Positions 38,601-53,000 of a DNA stretch of 64,000 nucleotides are shown here, in pieces. The first letter of the stretch is position 1. Each line of letters opens with the position of its first letter. Position numbers and translations under genes: made by a program. The DNA comes from Paragordius varius (Eukaryota > Animalia > Nematomorpha). Under the pieces are notes generated by a model. It saw only the letters and a program-made list of their open reading frames with translations. It searched no databases and was not told the origin of the DNA. The DNA lies in contig OZ176053.1 of the NCBI GenBank assembly GCA_964247055.1, forward strand, positions 4,340,001-4,404,000, written 5' to 3'.

Positions 38601-41335
38601 CCCTATGCAGAGACTTCACAAGTCCTGATACAATTTAAGTTTACCCTTGACCAAAAAAAGGAAAAAATATACACACTTAAGTGTATATTTTTTAGTTGCC
38701 AGTAAAGAAAATTTTTGTAAATAAATTTATGATTATATTTTTATTCTATATAAATTTTACAACATAATCCATTTTTAGCAATATATGATTGTTGGATAAC
38801 ATTTTTGCAAAAATCTGCCATAAAAAATTAAAATATAAATTATTAATTACAAACCTTCACTAGATGTATCACGAAACATGGGAGGTGCAATATTTTGTTG
38901 AGACATATTGGCATAAGCAGCAATCATTTGGGATAATTGTAATTTACCTATTGCAATAGGTTTGAATATATAATGATTAAAAATAATATTCTTTGTGAGA
39001 ACATATGAATGCAGACATGGTCATAAACAGTCATAATACCAAAGATCCAAAAAATATCAACCAGTCAAATGGATTGTAATAGCTTCAATAACCAATTCAA
39101 TAAAATTTTATAATTTCGCAATTTTTGACATCAAGTTTTATACCATTATTTTAATATGTTAAATCAAGTTGCAAATATATGTTTCAAAGTTTTTAACTTG
39201 TAGCTTTTATAAGCGGTCACCAACACGTTTATTATAAAACTTATAAATTGCATGCCCAATTTTAAATTTAAAAACGGAAAGAGTGATACCTGTAATGGAT
39301 GGGGTGCTTGTATTGCTAGCTCGTATAGATGAGGCCATAAGAGGACCCAAACCGCTGCTTGTAACTAAGGTTGATGCTGATGAACCAGACGTGGCCATTG
39401 AAGCGAGATACGAGGAAACTTTTTTTATATATACCATTTACATTTTCAAATTCTGCCTTAAACAATTCAAATTCACCCTTAAATAAAATTTTTTTAAAAT
39501 CAAAAATTACCTATTTTATTATATATTTTTGAAAAAAAAATATGTTTTAAAATAAAACAATATTGAAAAAATAAAAAACTATGCAATAATATATTTCATA
39601 TTAATAATAAATTATATTAGTTCGAAAACAAATAATTTTTTTAGGGTGAATTTGAATTGTTTAAGGGTGAATTTGAACTGAAAATGGTATGTAATATTTA
39701 TTTAAGGAAAAAAATTTAATTATGCAAGGATAGACAAAATCATTCTGATTTTTTTCTACATATATATATTTTTTTCTTGATTAATTAAGATCTTATAAAA
39801 AAATTAGGTGTCAAATAACATTTCATGGAATATTTCAATTTTCATAGTATTTTAACAGGTAAGTTGATATACCTGATGCCATAAAAGCTTCAGAAAAAGA
39901 CATGTTCGATAACAATGCGGCCAACATTTGATTGTTTGGTGGGAAGGTTTGAGAAACTAGAAAACATGCAACACATTGAATTACTGTTGACATAGGCGAT
40001 TGCTTATTTTTTAAGACTTAAAACAAACATAAATTTCTAACAATATTTGACTTATTTATGGGTTGAAAATTTTGACCTAATAAAGACAATTAACTTTTAC
40101 ATCAGATTGAAAACGAACAATTACCATTCGAAAGTTTCAATTGCGCTCTTTCAAATGATATAAAAACATGTCTTTATATTCAAAACTTTAATTTTGAAAA
40201 CGGATAAAACTGAGTGAGAAAAAACTTAAAAAAACAACTTTGATTTGATCCAGAGCTTGTATTCAACATGACTGATAAAAGGTCTGAAAGCCATTGCTGT
40301 TGATTAACATTGGTGCTGGATTGTTGTGATGATTGAGATGTGAGGGATGTTAACAAATGGTTGAATGGAAGATTGCTAGACCATGTTCCACCTAGAAAGT
40401 TATAGGTAGGGATAATTGTATAGATATCGTCTAATAATCCCTTTTTCCATATTTTTTATGAATGTTAAAATTTGTCAGCTATCGCTTTTCGTTTACGATA
40501 ATCAATTTTAACATTATTCTTGCACATTCAGCTTATTAAAATGGCTTACTAATATTTTTGTAATACACGCAAATTATCGTTTACTATTGAAAGTAAATTT
40601 TTTCAAATGTAAAATATATCTTAAAAAACTTGAATAAATATGGAATAAAAAATATTTAAATGAAATTTATCAGAGGTTTATATGTGAAACACCTTTATTA
40701 CTCCTTCTTAATTAGAGTAATAAATAAGCAGACAAAACGTAAAAAACAAAAAGACAACTATAGATTTTAAGACATGATAATTTCCTACATTACCTATATA
40801 CATATGAATGAAATATATTGAGTGTTTCACGAAAATTAACATCTTTGCTATTCCTTGTTTTTCCACCCACGAAAGATAGGTTAACCAGTACTCAGAAAAT
40901 ATGGTTGTAAAATACATAATTGAGTGTGTTACCAATTTACATCTGCTCGATTCTTATTTTGCGATCCAATAACGATTAATAATAAAAACATGAATGTATT
41001 TTAATAAAAAATATTTGTCTTTTTACATTTCGTCATGCATACCTTGATTCGACCCAAATTGCTGTTGTTGCTGTTTTGCAGTCATAGCTGCCAACATCAG
41101 CTGATTCAACAGCTGTTGTTGCTGGGAGGATGCCGTCGTCGTGGTAGATCTTTGACCGGCTGATCCCATGAATGAAGGAGGAGGAGGGTATGGACCCATA
41201 TGGTGGGGACCATGTGGTGGAAGAGGTGGGAAGAAAGGCGCCCCCGCTGAAAGGGTGGGGGCAGCTGTGCCCAATGCTGATTTATTGGCACTAGTTTGTC
41301 CTATTGATATAGTATGATTAATAATATTGCCAATA

Positions 41336-41371
<36 letters not shown>

Positions 41372-44300
41372 ACAAAGATCATTATTATTGGCTTATATAA
41401 TAGTAATAAAGAGTGAAAAAAATAATTTTGCGTCAATATGTATTGCTTTTTGAATATGCTATGATTAATCTGATAATTCTTCATATTATATATGTGTGTG
41501 TAATGTAATATATGGTTATTAAAAATTTTTATGTGTAATTATGAAATGAGGTCTAAGACAGTTTTTGTTCTATTATTATGCCGGTAGCTAAGAGTTAAAA
41601 GGTAAACTAAGGCCCGATGTAATATAAATTTAACTAAGATCTAATACATATCTAAATAAATACATCTATACTTTAACATAAAAAATAGCTCATGATGTAG
41701 CGATAAAGGTTAAAATAAGAATATAAATTCTATACTGATTGTAAAAGAAAATATTTGATTATTAGAGCTCTAAAAGACGCATAGTGTGTATTTATCATTA
41801 GTCTATAGATTTATGAAATTTTTTGTATATTTTGCGTAACTCAGAATAAAATATTCTACACTCATTGATTAATAAAAGAAGATACATAAAATAATAATAA
41901 ACCAAAACACAAATACCTTAGATTTATATCTATATAGACTTTAATTTTGGATTTTAGCATTGTCGATTAAAAAAAGTAAAATCATGTTCCTTAATACTTT
42001 TTATATACCTGTTTCGGATGTACCCATATTTTGCAGGTAAGAATTAAGCAAAAATCCATTAAAGCCAGTAGTATCATTTTTAGAAACACCCATGCCCAAC
42101 ATATTAGCAGCAGGCCCGGAAGCCAATTGCTGCTGTTGTTCATTATTAAACATTGACATGAGTAACCTAAAATCAGTATTATGTGATTGATTTCATTTAA
42201 AATGTAGAATCAAGAATGTAAAATTCTTATTCATCAATAAAAAAATTATCTGAGGTCAATGGCATTGCTTCCAATTAAGAATATATATAAATAAACATTC
42301 ATAATTGTGATTCAGACATTTGAATTCGCCACATTTTCAGGCGTCAATATTGACTTGTGATATATAGACTACAGAAGCCACTATACTATATATACATCAA
42401 ATTTTATTAAAATTAAGTGTATATATATGTTACCATTTTATTGCACACAATATAAAAACTTTGTCTAGCAAAAATAATCTTTAACCAAAATGGTAAAAAT
42501 CTAGAAATCTCAAAAAAAGGGCCAAAGCCAAACATACTTTGAAGATTGCAGCGAAGGTGGAAGTAAGGATTTAGGGAATGAGGGAGGCGGAGGGGGCGGT
42601 ATTTGAGTGTGTTGATTTTGTGTGTCATGTTGCGCGGGTCCCACCGGAGGCATAAGCAATACACTGGCTAAATTGATTAGCCTTGTCCGATATCGTTGTA
42701 AATCTTGACGCGTTTCACGTGCCAACGTCTGCACATTATAATTACAGTCATGTATGTATCCTTTATTTTATCAAATATTTATTTTTTTTTCTCGTTAAAT
42801 GGGTATAAATATTTGGTAACGAATAGAAAAAACAAAAACTCTATGGTATTAACAAATCATATTCATCAAAAAAGTATAAGGATTACCATTTCCATTCTTT
42901 ACCAAAGATTTAAACCCATTTGAGGAAAAAAATATCTTTTTGATAAAACTAAGGATACATCACTGTAAGAGAGTTTTTCATTTTTATTAAGTCGAGTAAT
43001 ATTTATTAATAATTTTAGCTTATAGACAGGCGCTTTACACTTTGTTTACATTTAGTGTGAACATGTACAACCTCCTTTAATAATGAGCTTTTTATATAAA
43101 CTACAGCGTTTATAAACTATGGGATCATGCTAATCATCATAAAATTTTCCCTTTATATATGGTCCTAGTATTTATAATTACACCTTGACACAAACTTAAT
43201 AGTTTGTGCGTATTTTGAAATTTTCATGATGGGGATAAAATGTAATACAAAAATTGAATCATATATTTTTTATATATTATATATTTTTAAAATAGGGTAA
43301 TCATACGTTTATTAAGCCATATTTTTTCTTACTAAAAGAGTCATTATGTAGGGGGTCTACTGTATATATCGCTGGTTTTTTTTCATTTATTGCAAGATAG
43401 CATTTACAAAAATAATTGACACAAAATTATTGATGCATATACAAACAAGTTAAGTTAAAAGATTTACTTCACTCACTGTTGGTATTTGAAAATATATAAT
43501 TATAATGAAAAACTAGCATATAATAATATGTTCTAAAATAAAAAAACGCGAATATATATTAATAATGCTATTTTTGTATTTTGCCAACATTATTTTTCCA
43601 AAACGCTTTATGATAGTTAACATACAATGTCATTATTACATAAATTTTTAATGACAAATAATTAGGTAAAATGTACAGTCAAACTTCTTTTTGGGAAAAA
43701 GGACGCATTAAAAAGTCCCACACTAAAGAAATTTTACCATTTACAATTCAATTACACCCTTAAACAATTCAAATTCACCCTCGAACAATTTATATTCACC
43801 CTAAAATAAATTATGTGTTTTTCAAGATCAAAAATTACTCATATTTTTTTATATTGACAAAATAAAATTTTGTTAAAACTAAAATAATACTGAAAAAATA
43901 AAAAAACCATGCCATTAAGATATATTTTATATTAAGGAGGAGTAACCCGAAAATACATATATATATATTTTTTTAGGGTGAATTTTAATTGTTCGAGGCT
44001 GAATTTGAATTGTTCAAAGGTGAATTTGAATTGTTCAAAGGTGAATTTGAATTGTTTAAGGGTGAATTTGAATTGTAAATGGTATATATATTTAGTATGA
44101 ACTATACGCTTATATCCAGCGCAAAATTTTTGCATAACATTTCAATCTCAAATTTTAGGTTAAGTTTCATCTCTGGTTCCTGATGGATTTCAGCCAAAAT
44201 ATACATAATTGACATAGTCCATGGATTGGGTGGGCGGAAAACCTACACCATAAAAATAAATTAATAAACTTTTTTACATGGTTAAAAAAATTGTGAAATG

Positions 44301-47300
44301 ACTTTGAGTTGTTACGTATAATGGGGAATAAAAATTGATAAAAAAGATAGTTATATATAATTAGGAGGAAATTAAAATATATAATTGACAAATTGTAACA
44401 ATTATTTTACACGAATAGTGAAAGTTTATGAAAAAAATGTGCTTTTTTTACTTATTAAGTTTTTTATTAAGATTCATCAAAATAGTGTGTACCTTAGATT
44501 TCATGCAGGACTCCATAACTTTAGCAACGAACGGTACAACATATAACAATTCTTGTACGCCTTTTATAGCTGAATCCAAAACCAATTGTTTCAAATCAAG
44601 TTCCTATTTAAAATAATATTAAGATGAGATTTAATATAAAATACATTTATGCAATTCAATTAAAAATAATATAAAATAAAATGATTACTGATTGTAAAAG
44701 CGGTTTATTTTTGGCTATTGTAAGGAGGCCCAACCAATGACCCAAATTTTTGAGTAGTGAGCGATCAGAAAAATTTCCGGCAGATTTATCATTTTTAAGG
44801 ACAATCTATGGTAGAAATTTCGTATAGTAGTAAAAAATATATATAAATTAGATGGCAGTTAACAAATTGGTAATATATGATATAAGTTGGGCATATCATG
44901 CCTATAAGTGCAAACATAATAACTGGGATGCCGAAGTTGTTGATAAAGAAGAAAAAATAGCAAAAGAATATTAAAGGAAACTTTTTATTAATATAATGAA
45001 CAGAAATAGAAAGATATCAACAATTTAAAAAGCATTACAATTTTTTTCTTAATAACATTACACACATGTTCTTTTAGTTTTATTTTTCATTAAATTTAAT
45101 TTATACTTTTAGATAAAATGACAAAGATTACTTGTAGTAATAGAAAATTCACTTTAATAAATAATTCATTCAACTATAGCTAAATTATAATCCCAATATC
45201 AATATAAATTAATTATTGAAAAAAACAAGACCATTTAGAGTAAAAAATCAAATCACTCTCATTAATACATAATATATTACCTTGATGTATTTAAAGGTGT
45301 CTGAAATTATTGACATATTTAGTTTCGGCATCTTGATACAATCCAAGAATGAAGCATACAGTGAGTGAAAATTATTTTCAATACTGGCCCGTTTATTTAC
45401 AATGTAACGAGATATCCAGGGTACTAGTAATTCATCAGAGAGGATTTCATTTATTTCTTCCGTCTATAGATTTGATATAACGTTAAAATATAATTATATA
45501 ATATAACGGTGATTAAAATAAAAGTAATATTAAAAAAATTATAATCAACCATTAATCCTAATACCCATATTGATATTGTGTGCAAAAATTTTGTGTTTAA
45601 TACTATCTAATTTAGTTCATCAAATATAAAATATAATTCAAAGGGGGTTTGTACTATAATTATTTATTTATAAAGGAGCAACACTTTAACAAAAATCTTA
45701 TTACCAAGCAAAAATTAATATACAAAAAATTCAAAAAGTTTTTTAACATGGATAGAAAAAAAACTAATTATTTATAGGATATATACACGACATACCTTTT
45801 GTGCCATATTATTTTCGGATAAATTGTTGAAAAGAAACGCTAATTTATCTTGTACGCTTTCAGATGGCTCAATGATAGTTTCCGTTTTTACAGGGATGCT
45901 TGCATCCTGTTTATCGATTTCATTCAGCAATTCCTCTTCACTTTGTTCCATAGCCTATTAAAAAACGAATTCATATAAAAAAAATATAATTTAACATTTA
46001 TGTAATGACGGGTTATGGAGGGATTTATAAGGGTTCATCCAAATAAATAATTTTAAAATTTTGAAATTGAAATATATAAGTGAAAAAAAATAATTATAAA
46101 CAATACTAATACAAATTTAAACAATTAAATTAGTTGTTGCATATATTTACATTTATTGCAAAACAAGAATGCTTAAGACTATGAATAATTGATAAGCGAT
46201 TAAAATAAATCCCTATTAGTATATACTCACATAACTTTTAAAAAATGTAAACTTGAATTACAGTAAAAATTAAATGATAAAGCTAAAATGGTAGAAACTA
46301 AATGACAAATATATTTAAGCCATATTAAATAAAACGATTTTTTCGAAATAACATATCCGTTTGCATGCAAATTAAGGAGTTAAATTTGTGATAATTCTAA
46401 TTAATATAATTTATGTAGAAAAATCATGGTTATTAAAAGTATGGCTCTATCATGAAAAAATATTTGTCGTTTAGCTTTTACATTATGTCTGTATAATAAT
46501 CATTTCAGCTGTAAGTATCAAAATTCTATAAAATCAAACATTTATAAACGCAATCATATGTGGGTTATCCAGGTATTGTTGGACATTTAGAGCCGGGACG
46601 CCAACTTTTTTGCCCGTTAAATGATTCAGGGCTAAAATGGCTAGTTGAGAACTTGAATTAACTAGGACAGATGTTGAAGTTATGCTTAGCGAAGTGGTGG
46701 TACAGCTGGTACTAATATTTAAGGAAAGCATGTTTGCCAAAGTTGATGTTGATGAAGTATTAGTAATAAGAGAAAAGTTTGAAGAAACAAAATTTGCCGG
46801 GGCTTGAGATGTAATGTTATTGCTATTGTTGACCATCATTTGACTAAACATTTGAGCTGAAAGGGTATTCATAAAGTTTGCCATATTACTGCTTGTATTG
46901 GCTACGCTCGATGATACGATTGATGAATTGATTCTATGTATGCACAATATTAAAATATTAATTTTAAACCCACCAAATATATTATTGAGGTAAAGATTGG
47001 AAAAATCATTCATTTTATAGACCTTTAGTATTACTTTTTCGCGAATACAATATGGGTGTAAAAATTTTGTTGTTTTTTAAGCAAAATGAATAGCATGTTG
47101 AAAATGCCTCTAAATATCCGTTTAATTAAATGTTTTAATAAAATATATTTTTCGACATTAATAGTTGATGATGTTTGTAATTTTTTTTATTGATGTTTTT
47201 TCAAAAAATTTGACTGTATATAATTAAAACTCTATAATAAAAACTCTTAAAAGGTAATTTTAATAAAAACAACACTAACGTAAAAGTGGGAGATGTAGAT

Positions 47301-49994
47301 GATTTAGTAATTTGCACCGAACAAGACACGACTGTTATATTTGCGGAACTCATTAATGGATTGAGGGATGCCATATTACCAAATTTATCAAACGTACTTG
47401 CGTTAACGTTATTTAATTGGTTAGCTAGGTCGAAAAAATTAAATCAAAATCGAAAGATTTGGGTTTTTTACATAATTTATACAACAATTATTATATTAAA
47501 TATATTATATATGTATATGGAGTAAGTTGAAGGTGATTTAGGGTCACAAATGCTTTGGAAATTTAAGACACCTAAAAATCAACGTGAAAATCTGGCACCA
47601 CGTTTTTATAGGAGTAGAGTAATTTAATCATTTAAACTACTTTATAATAAAGTTTTATAATTAACTTTTGCCAAAATTTGTTCAAAAATTAAATGCAATA
47701 AATCTAAATTAATCCATACCCTTAAGATTGAAAATAATATTACATAAAACAAAAATTAATTAAAATAATAACATTTTAATCATCTCGGATTTATAAAATA
47801 TATAAGCTATTTGATATTTTATCATATTAATATAAAGTTAATTGAATAATTACTTAATGTATTAATACTGATCGGACTAAAACTTTTAGAAGGGTTCGGA
47901 GGTGCGACCCTTAAATTGGAAGGAATTTCTTCACCCTTTATTCCGCGTTCAATGTACTACAATAAATAGTAAATAATATGGATTCCATAAAATAGAGTTA
48001 AAATATAATTAATTAAGGACATTTTTATAATAAAAAAAATTAAATCATTGATTTTAAATAATTTATATGATTACAATATTAAAAATAAGATGGTGGGAGT
48101 TATAAATATACATATGTTATTTAAGTTGCTTAAAAACCAAGGTAGTATGGATTTTAATTATTTGAATTTTTGACTTCAAAGGTATAACAAAATTAGCGTC
48201 CTTAATATTGTTTTATTAAATGGCAAACGTATATGATTTATGAATATTGGCCAACATATGGTTTAAAAATCTAACGTTAGTTATCTAAACCTAAAATAAT
48301 ATTCCATATATAACTATATTTAACATTATTTTTAACAAGCTGCCTTATTATACAAATATTTCAAATATTTTCCCAAAACTTATAATAATAATTACAAAAA
48401 AATACGTACCTCTTTCAAATATGGCGGAAATTCTTCACTATAATGCGGAAGGCTAGCTATAAGCATGCAAAATGATCCATAATCCTTGAGTTGTTCTTTA
48501 AACGTATCTAAGGCAGTTAAGCCAAATGTACGCATTTTATCAGATTTTGGTTTTCGAAGTGCTTCCAAAACAAATTTTAAAGCAATACCTGTGGTGGATA
48601 AACATATGGTGATGTAGAAAAAATAAAAATGCGAAAAAATATATATTTTGATTGTTATAACAACGTAAAAAAGTAAAAAAATAATCAGTTATTAATTTTG
48701 ATAAATAAATAAAGGTCACATGTAATCGGTGGTGTTATCAAACAACAAATAAGAGTAAAATAAAAAAATTTTACCATATTTGTACAGTACAATACAATTT
48801 ATTTTTCTAAACCGATTTTTGCCTACATTTATCAGGGAATGAAGCGAAAAAAAATGTCCAAAAATCATATTTATCTCATAATAATTTTAAATTCTAAATA
48901 TATACTTAATCCAATATAGTTGCATATTCCCTTATCTATTATTCCACCAAACAAACAGCTAGTAATGTGGAGTTCTTTATCAGGGTACGTTGGGAAAAAG
49001 CGATATTCTTCAAACAAATTACGTATCATGCAGGCAAAAACTTCCTATTTTACATACAACATATCAATAAAATATTCATGTGTGTTGTTAACATTATGTC
49101 ATATTTGAAAATTGACAATATAAAAAATTAAAGATATATTGGTCTTAAAAACTATGAATGCATTATTACCAAAATTGAAAACATTTTTAAGTAAATTCCG
49201 GTAAAAAAATTTAGAATAATTAAAAAAAATTATCATTATCAAATGTAATTACAATTACTATTGGAAAGTTTTAAAACCTATTCCATGGCATAATTTTGTT
49301 TTATAAATTTATTTCTAAAAATATTTGCATCAAAATATTATTTGAGTAATGACCGTAAATGATTGCATTTATAGCTGTGTAAGACTTGTTATTAATAAAA
49401 CGGTAAAATTATTTAATATATTGTGCGATACATGTTAAACTTAGCAAAAGCAAACGCTTTTTGTTAAAAAAAGTTGAAAACATAAAAGGAATTTAATGCA
49501 TCACCTATTGTTTACAATGCATGACAAAAATTTTAAGCGTAGTTATTAAAAAAAATTCCAAAATTCTTATAGTAAACTATTTAAAACATTGACTTTTGTA
49601 CATTCATATCTCTTAGCAAATAAATACCATTTTTTAACCCTTAAAAACCACACTAATGAAAACATTGAATCTTCATAATAAAATCTCAATTGTTAGTTTA
49701 TATATATACCATTTACAATTCAAATTCACCCTTAAACAATTCAAATTCACCCTTGAATAATTCGAATTCACCTTAAATTGAAATTCCCCTTCAAATAAAT
49801 TATATGTTTTTAAGATTAAAAATTGCCTATATTTTTACATATTTTTTAAAATAAAATTCTGTTTTAAATTTAAATAATACTGAGAAATAATTTTCATAAT
49901 ATATTTTATATTAATAATGAGTTATATTAGGATAACACATAATTTATTTTTAGGGTGAATTTGAATTGTTCAAGGGTGAAATTGAACTGTAAAT

Positions 49995-50030
<36 letters not shown>

Positions 50031-53000
50031 CTTTCTCTCCGATCTCCACTTTCTTTGAATCGTTTTAACATGCACAAAAAATCGCTCAAACACATAATGG
50101 GATGAGGCGGTCTATTGTAAATGCGTTGGAAATAGGCATTGGCCTCATCCTCAATATCTTTACGGAAACTGGTCATATTGACGTCCGGAAACATGGCTGC
50201 TAAATCGAGTGCAATATTGTTTGGATTCATGGGGTTATTCAAAGAAGAATTATTCATACCTATAGATTTATACAAATAAAAACACTTCTTTAGAAAAGGA
50301 GACGAGATATCGTGGTATTTTAAAAAAATTTACATTTAAATATTTAATTTCCTGTTAAAGCCATTATTTTAATTTGTAGTTATATCAAAATGTGTGAAAT
50401 TCATCTAATAATGTATAAAAAATGATTTGTATTTGTGAAAATACGTGGTAAAAATATAGATATACACTTTTTCATTCACCAACATGATTTCAAAAAAAAC
50501 ATATTTTAAAGTCATATTTTAAGGCTTACGATTTTTTTATTGAACAAATGTTGTTTTTTGAACAAAACGTTCTATTTTAAATAAGAAATTTTTAAAAAAA
50601 CACAATATTCGAAATATTTTAAAAAAGATCAAAATACAAATTTAATAATGTACCTCCATCACGATCACTGTCCATAATGATGGTCAAATCATATGGTTCC
50701 CTCTTTCCTAAAATATAAATAAAGTCATATATAATACATAATTATATATGTAAAACAAATAGAACATTATTTAAATATCTTATTTAATATAACATAAATC
50801 AAATAAAAATGTCATGGTTAATTGTTCTCCTATTTTTTATTTCTTAATCACTAATATTATTTTCACAAAATAATTACAAAAAAACCACCTCTATGCTGTT
50901 TGGTCAACATATTTTCCAATAGTATAGATTCCAACGTGTTCTTAATAATCTGATTATTTTGCATGTTGAGATTTGCATTGCTAGGATTATCATTAATTTT
51001 AAGCGTGGATAATAATTGATCCATGAGTAAAAGGGTTGTGGCAGCCGTATTATTTGTGTTATTTGTTGTTCTCATGTTATCTAAATATATGATAATGAAA
51101 AAATCATAAATTTTAATTTATGCGGCATCATGAAAAAAACCCCGCTAAAAAAAATTTTCTCATTAATCATTTATAAAAATGATTCACTTAAAATATAAAA
51201 AGAAATTTTGGAATAATTAATTTATGGGAAAAGGGTGGGAAAAATAAGATTTATAATTACTCATGCGGATAAAGTGACGAAAAATAAAGAGTCATGATTT
51301 ACAAAAAAACCCTGAAAAAAGGGCCAGCTTACAAAAATAATTGGCACAAAAAAGTTTGACTATTTATTTTTCATAGTTTTAAGTTTGATTAAATGCCATA
51401 AGTTAAAAATAGTAAAATATGTCAAATCCGAATTAGTAATTATTATATAATTCAAATAAAATTGTACCTTGTGGTGTGTATTGTGGTTGTGGAATATTAA
51501 CATTAGGCATTAATGAGGGTAGGGAAAGTCCATTTCTTGATAACGGTTTTAATCCTAAAAAATTTTTCAAATTAAACTATAAATTATGAAAAAAATATTT
51601 ATTTTTAAATTATTAAATAATACAAAACATTTAAATCATTTACAAACCAAACTATAAATAAGATTTTATTAAATAGGGCCAAAATATTAATCCCAAAATG
51701 CCGACTTAAAAATCAGTATTTTTGGTAAAGTTTAATAATACTTAGTTAATATATTTATATTGTAAAATATATAAAACAAAAATTTTAAAATTAAATAAAC
51801 ATTACAGATAAAGTAATTAGCAATTAACCTAATTTTGGGCTTTGTGAGACAATTGATGCATTCATAAGGCTAGGTGCGTTTCTAAAACATAAAAAAAACA
51901 TGTATTTTTCATTAAAGTTTCAATTATTAATAATCATAATGAGGGATGATGTATAGTAAGCAAACCTTTGTAATTTCATAGAGTTGGACAGAAGGGCATT
52001 CAAAACATCCAATAAATCTTGACTGATTGTAATGTTTGGTTGATTGTGACCACCTTTGCCAAATATTCCCATGCCTGTGTGTATGTATTCACAACAATTT
52101 AATTTTGTTTTTTAAAATTTGTTGGAAATAAAATAAAAAGCTTGAAAATTTTGATTCACGAATGTTTGTCAAATTGTATACATTATGTCGGAAACCGTAA
52201 ACGTGCCAGTTTTTTGTTCTAGTTTCCATATATCAATTTTTGGCCCAAGTTCCGGCGGTTAAAAGCAATTTCGGTAAAAAATGATTATTTTCGGGGGGAA
52301 TTATAATAATTTGCCAAAATTTTAATTTCCCGTTTAATTAATATCTAAAAATAAGTTTAAATTTCGGTTCATTTTTGGTATTGTGAAATAACTCAAAGAT
52401 AATACATTACTAAATATAACGTAGAAATTGATTTTATGCTTGATTTCTACTTTTACGGATTGAATAAAAACGGTAGAAAAAAATCAACCCAACATTATAT
52501 AAAAAATTGTAAAAAAAACCGGAACAAATCGCAGTATCACATATGGTAAAAACAGTTCCGCGGAATCATTTTAGCATATTATTATATGTATTGATACTTA
52601 AATCTTTTAACTATTTTTATACAATGATTTGGCGTGTAAAAAATGAAATCACTTAATATATAAATAAATGGATCCACTATATTATTTACAAAGATATTCA
52701 AGCCCAAAAACTTACCAAAAAGATCTTATAATTGTCTAACCCAGTGATGCTCAAGCCGGGGCGCTAAAAGTACTTTTTATGGCCCCAATTATTTTTAAAT
52801 TTTTTAATGTATTTATTTGGAGTGCAAAAATTTGCAAACGTATCAAACTGCTATAAAAATTTTATATCAGTATTATGGACCATGAAAAAAGTAACATTTT
52901 ATTACTTTTTAGGAAATTTTTGGCAAGTACCACAATCTAACCAGTTAATTTTTAAACACAAAAAAATAAAAATAAAATACCCATAGATTCTGTTATAGGG

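Noticed and set aside
25405-49108. Plus-strand ORFs at 25405, 32232, 32644, 33852, 37781, 44428, 47286 and 48920
   Set aside because: They are antisense shadows of CNOT1 exons.
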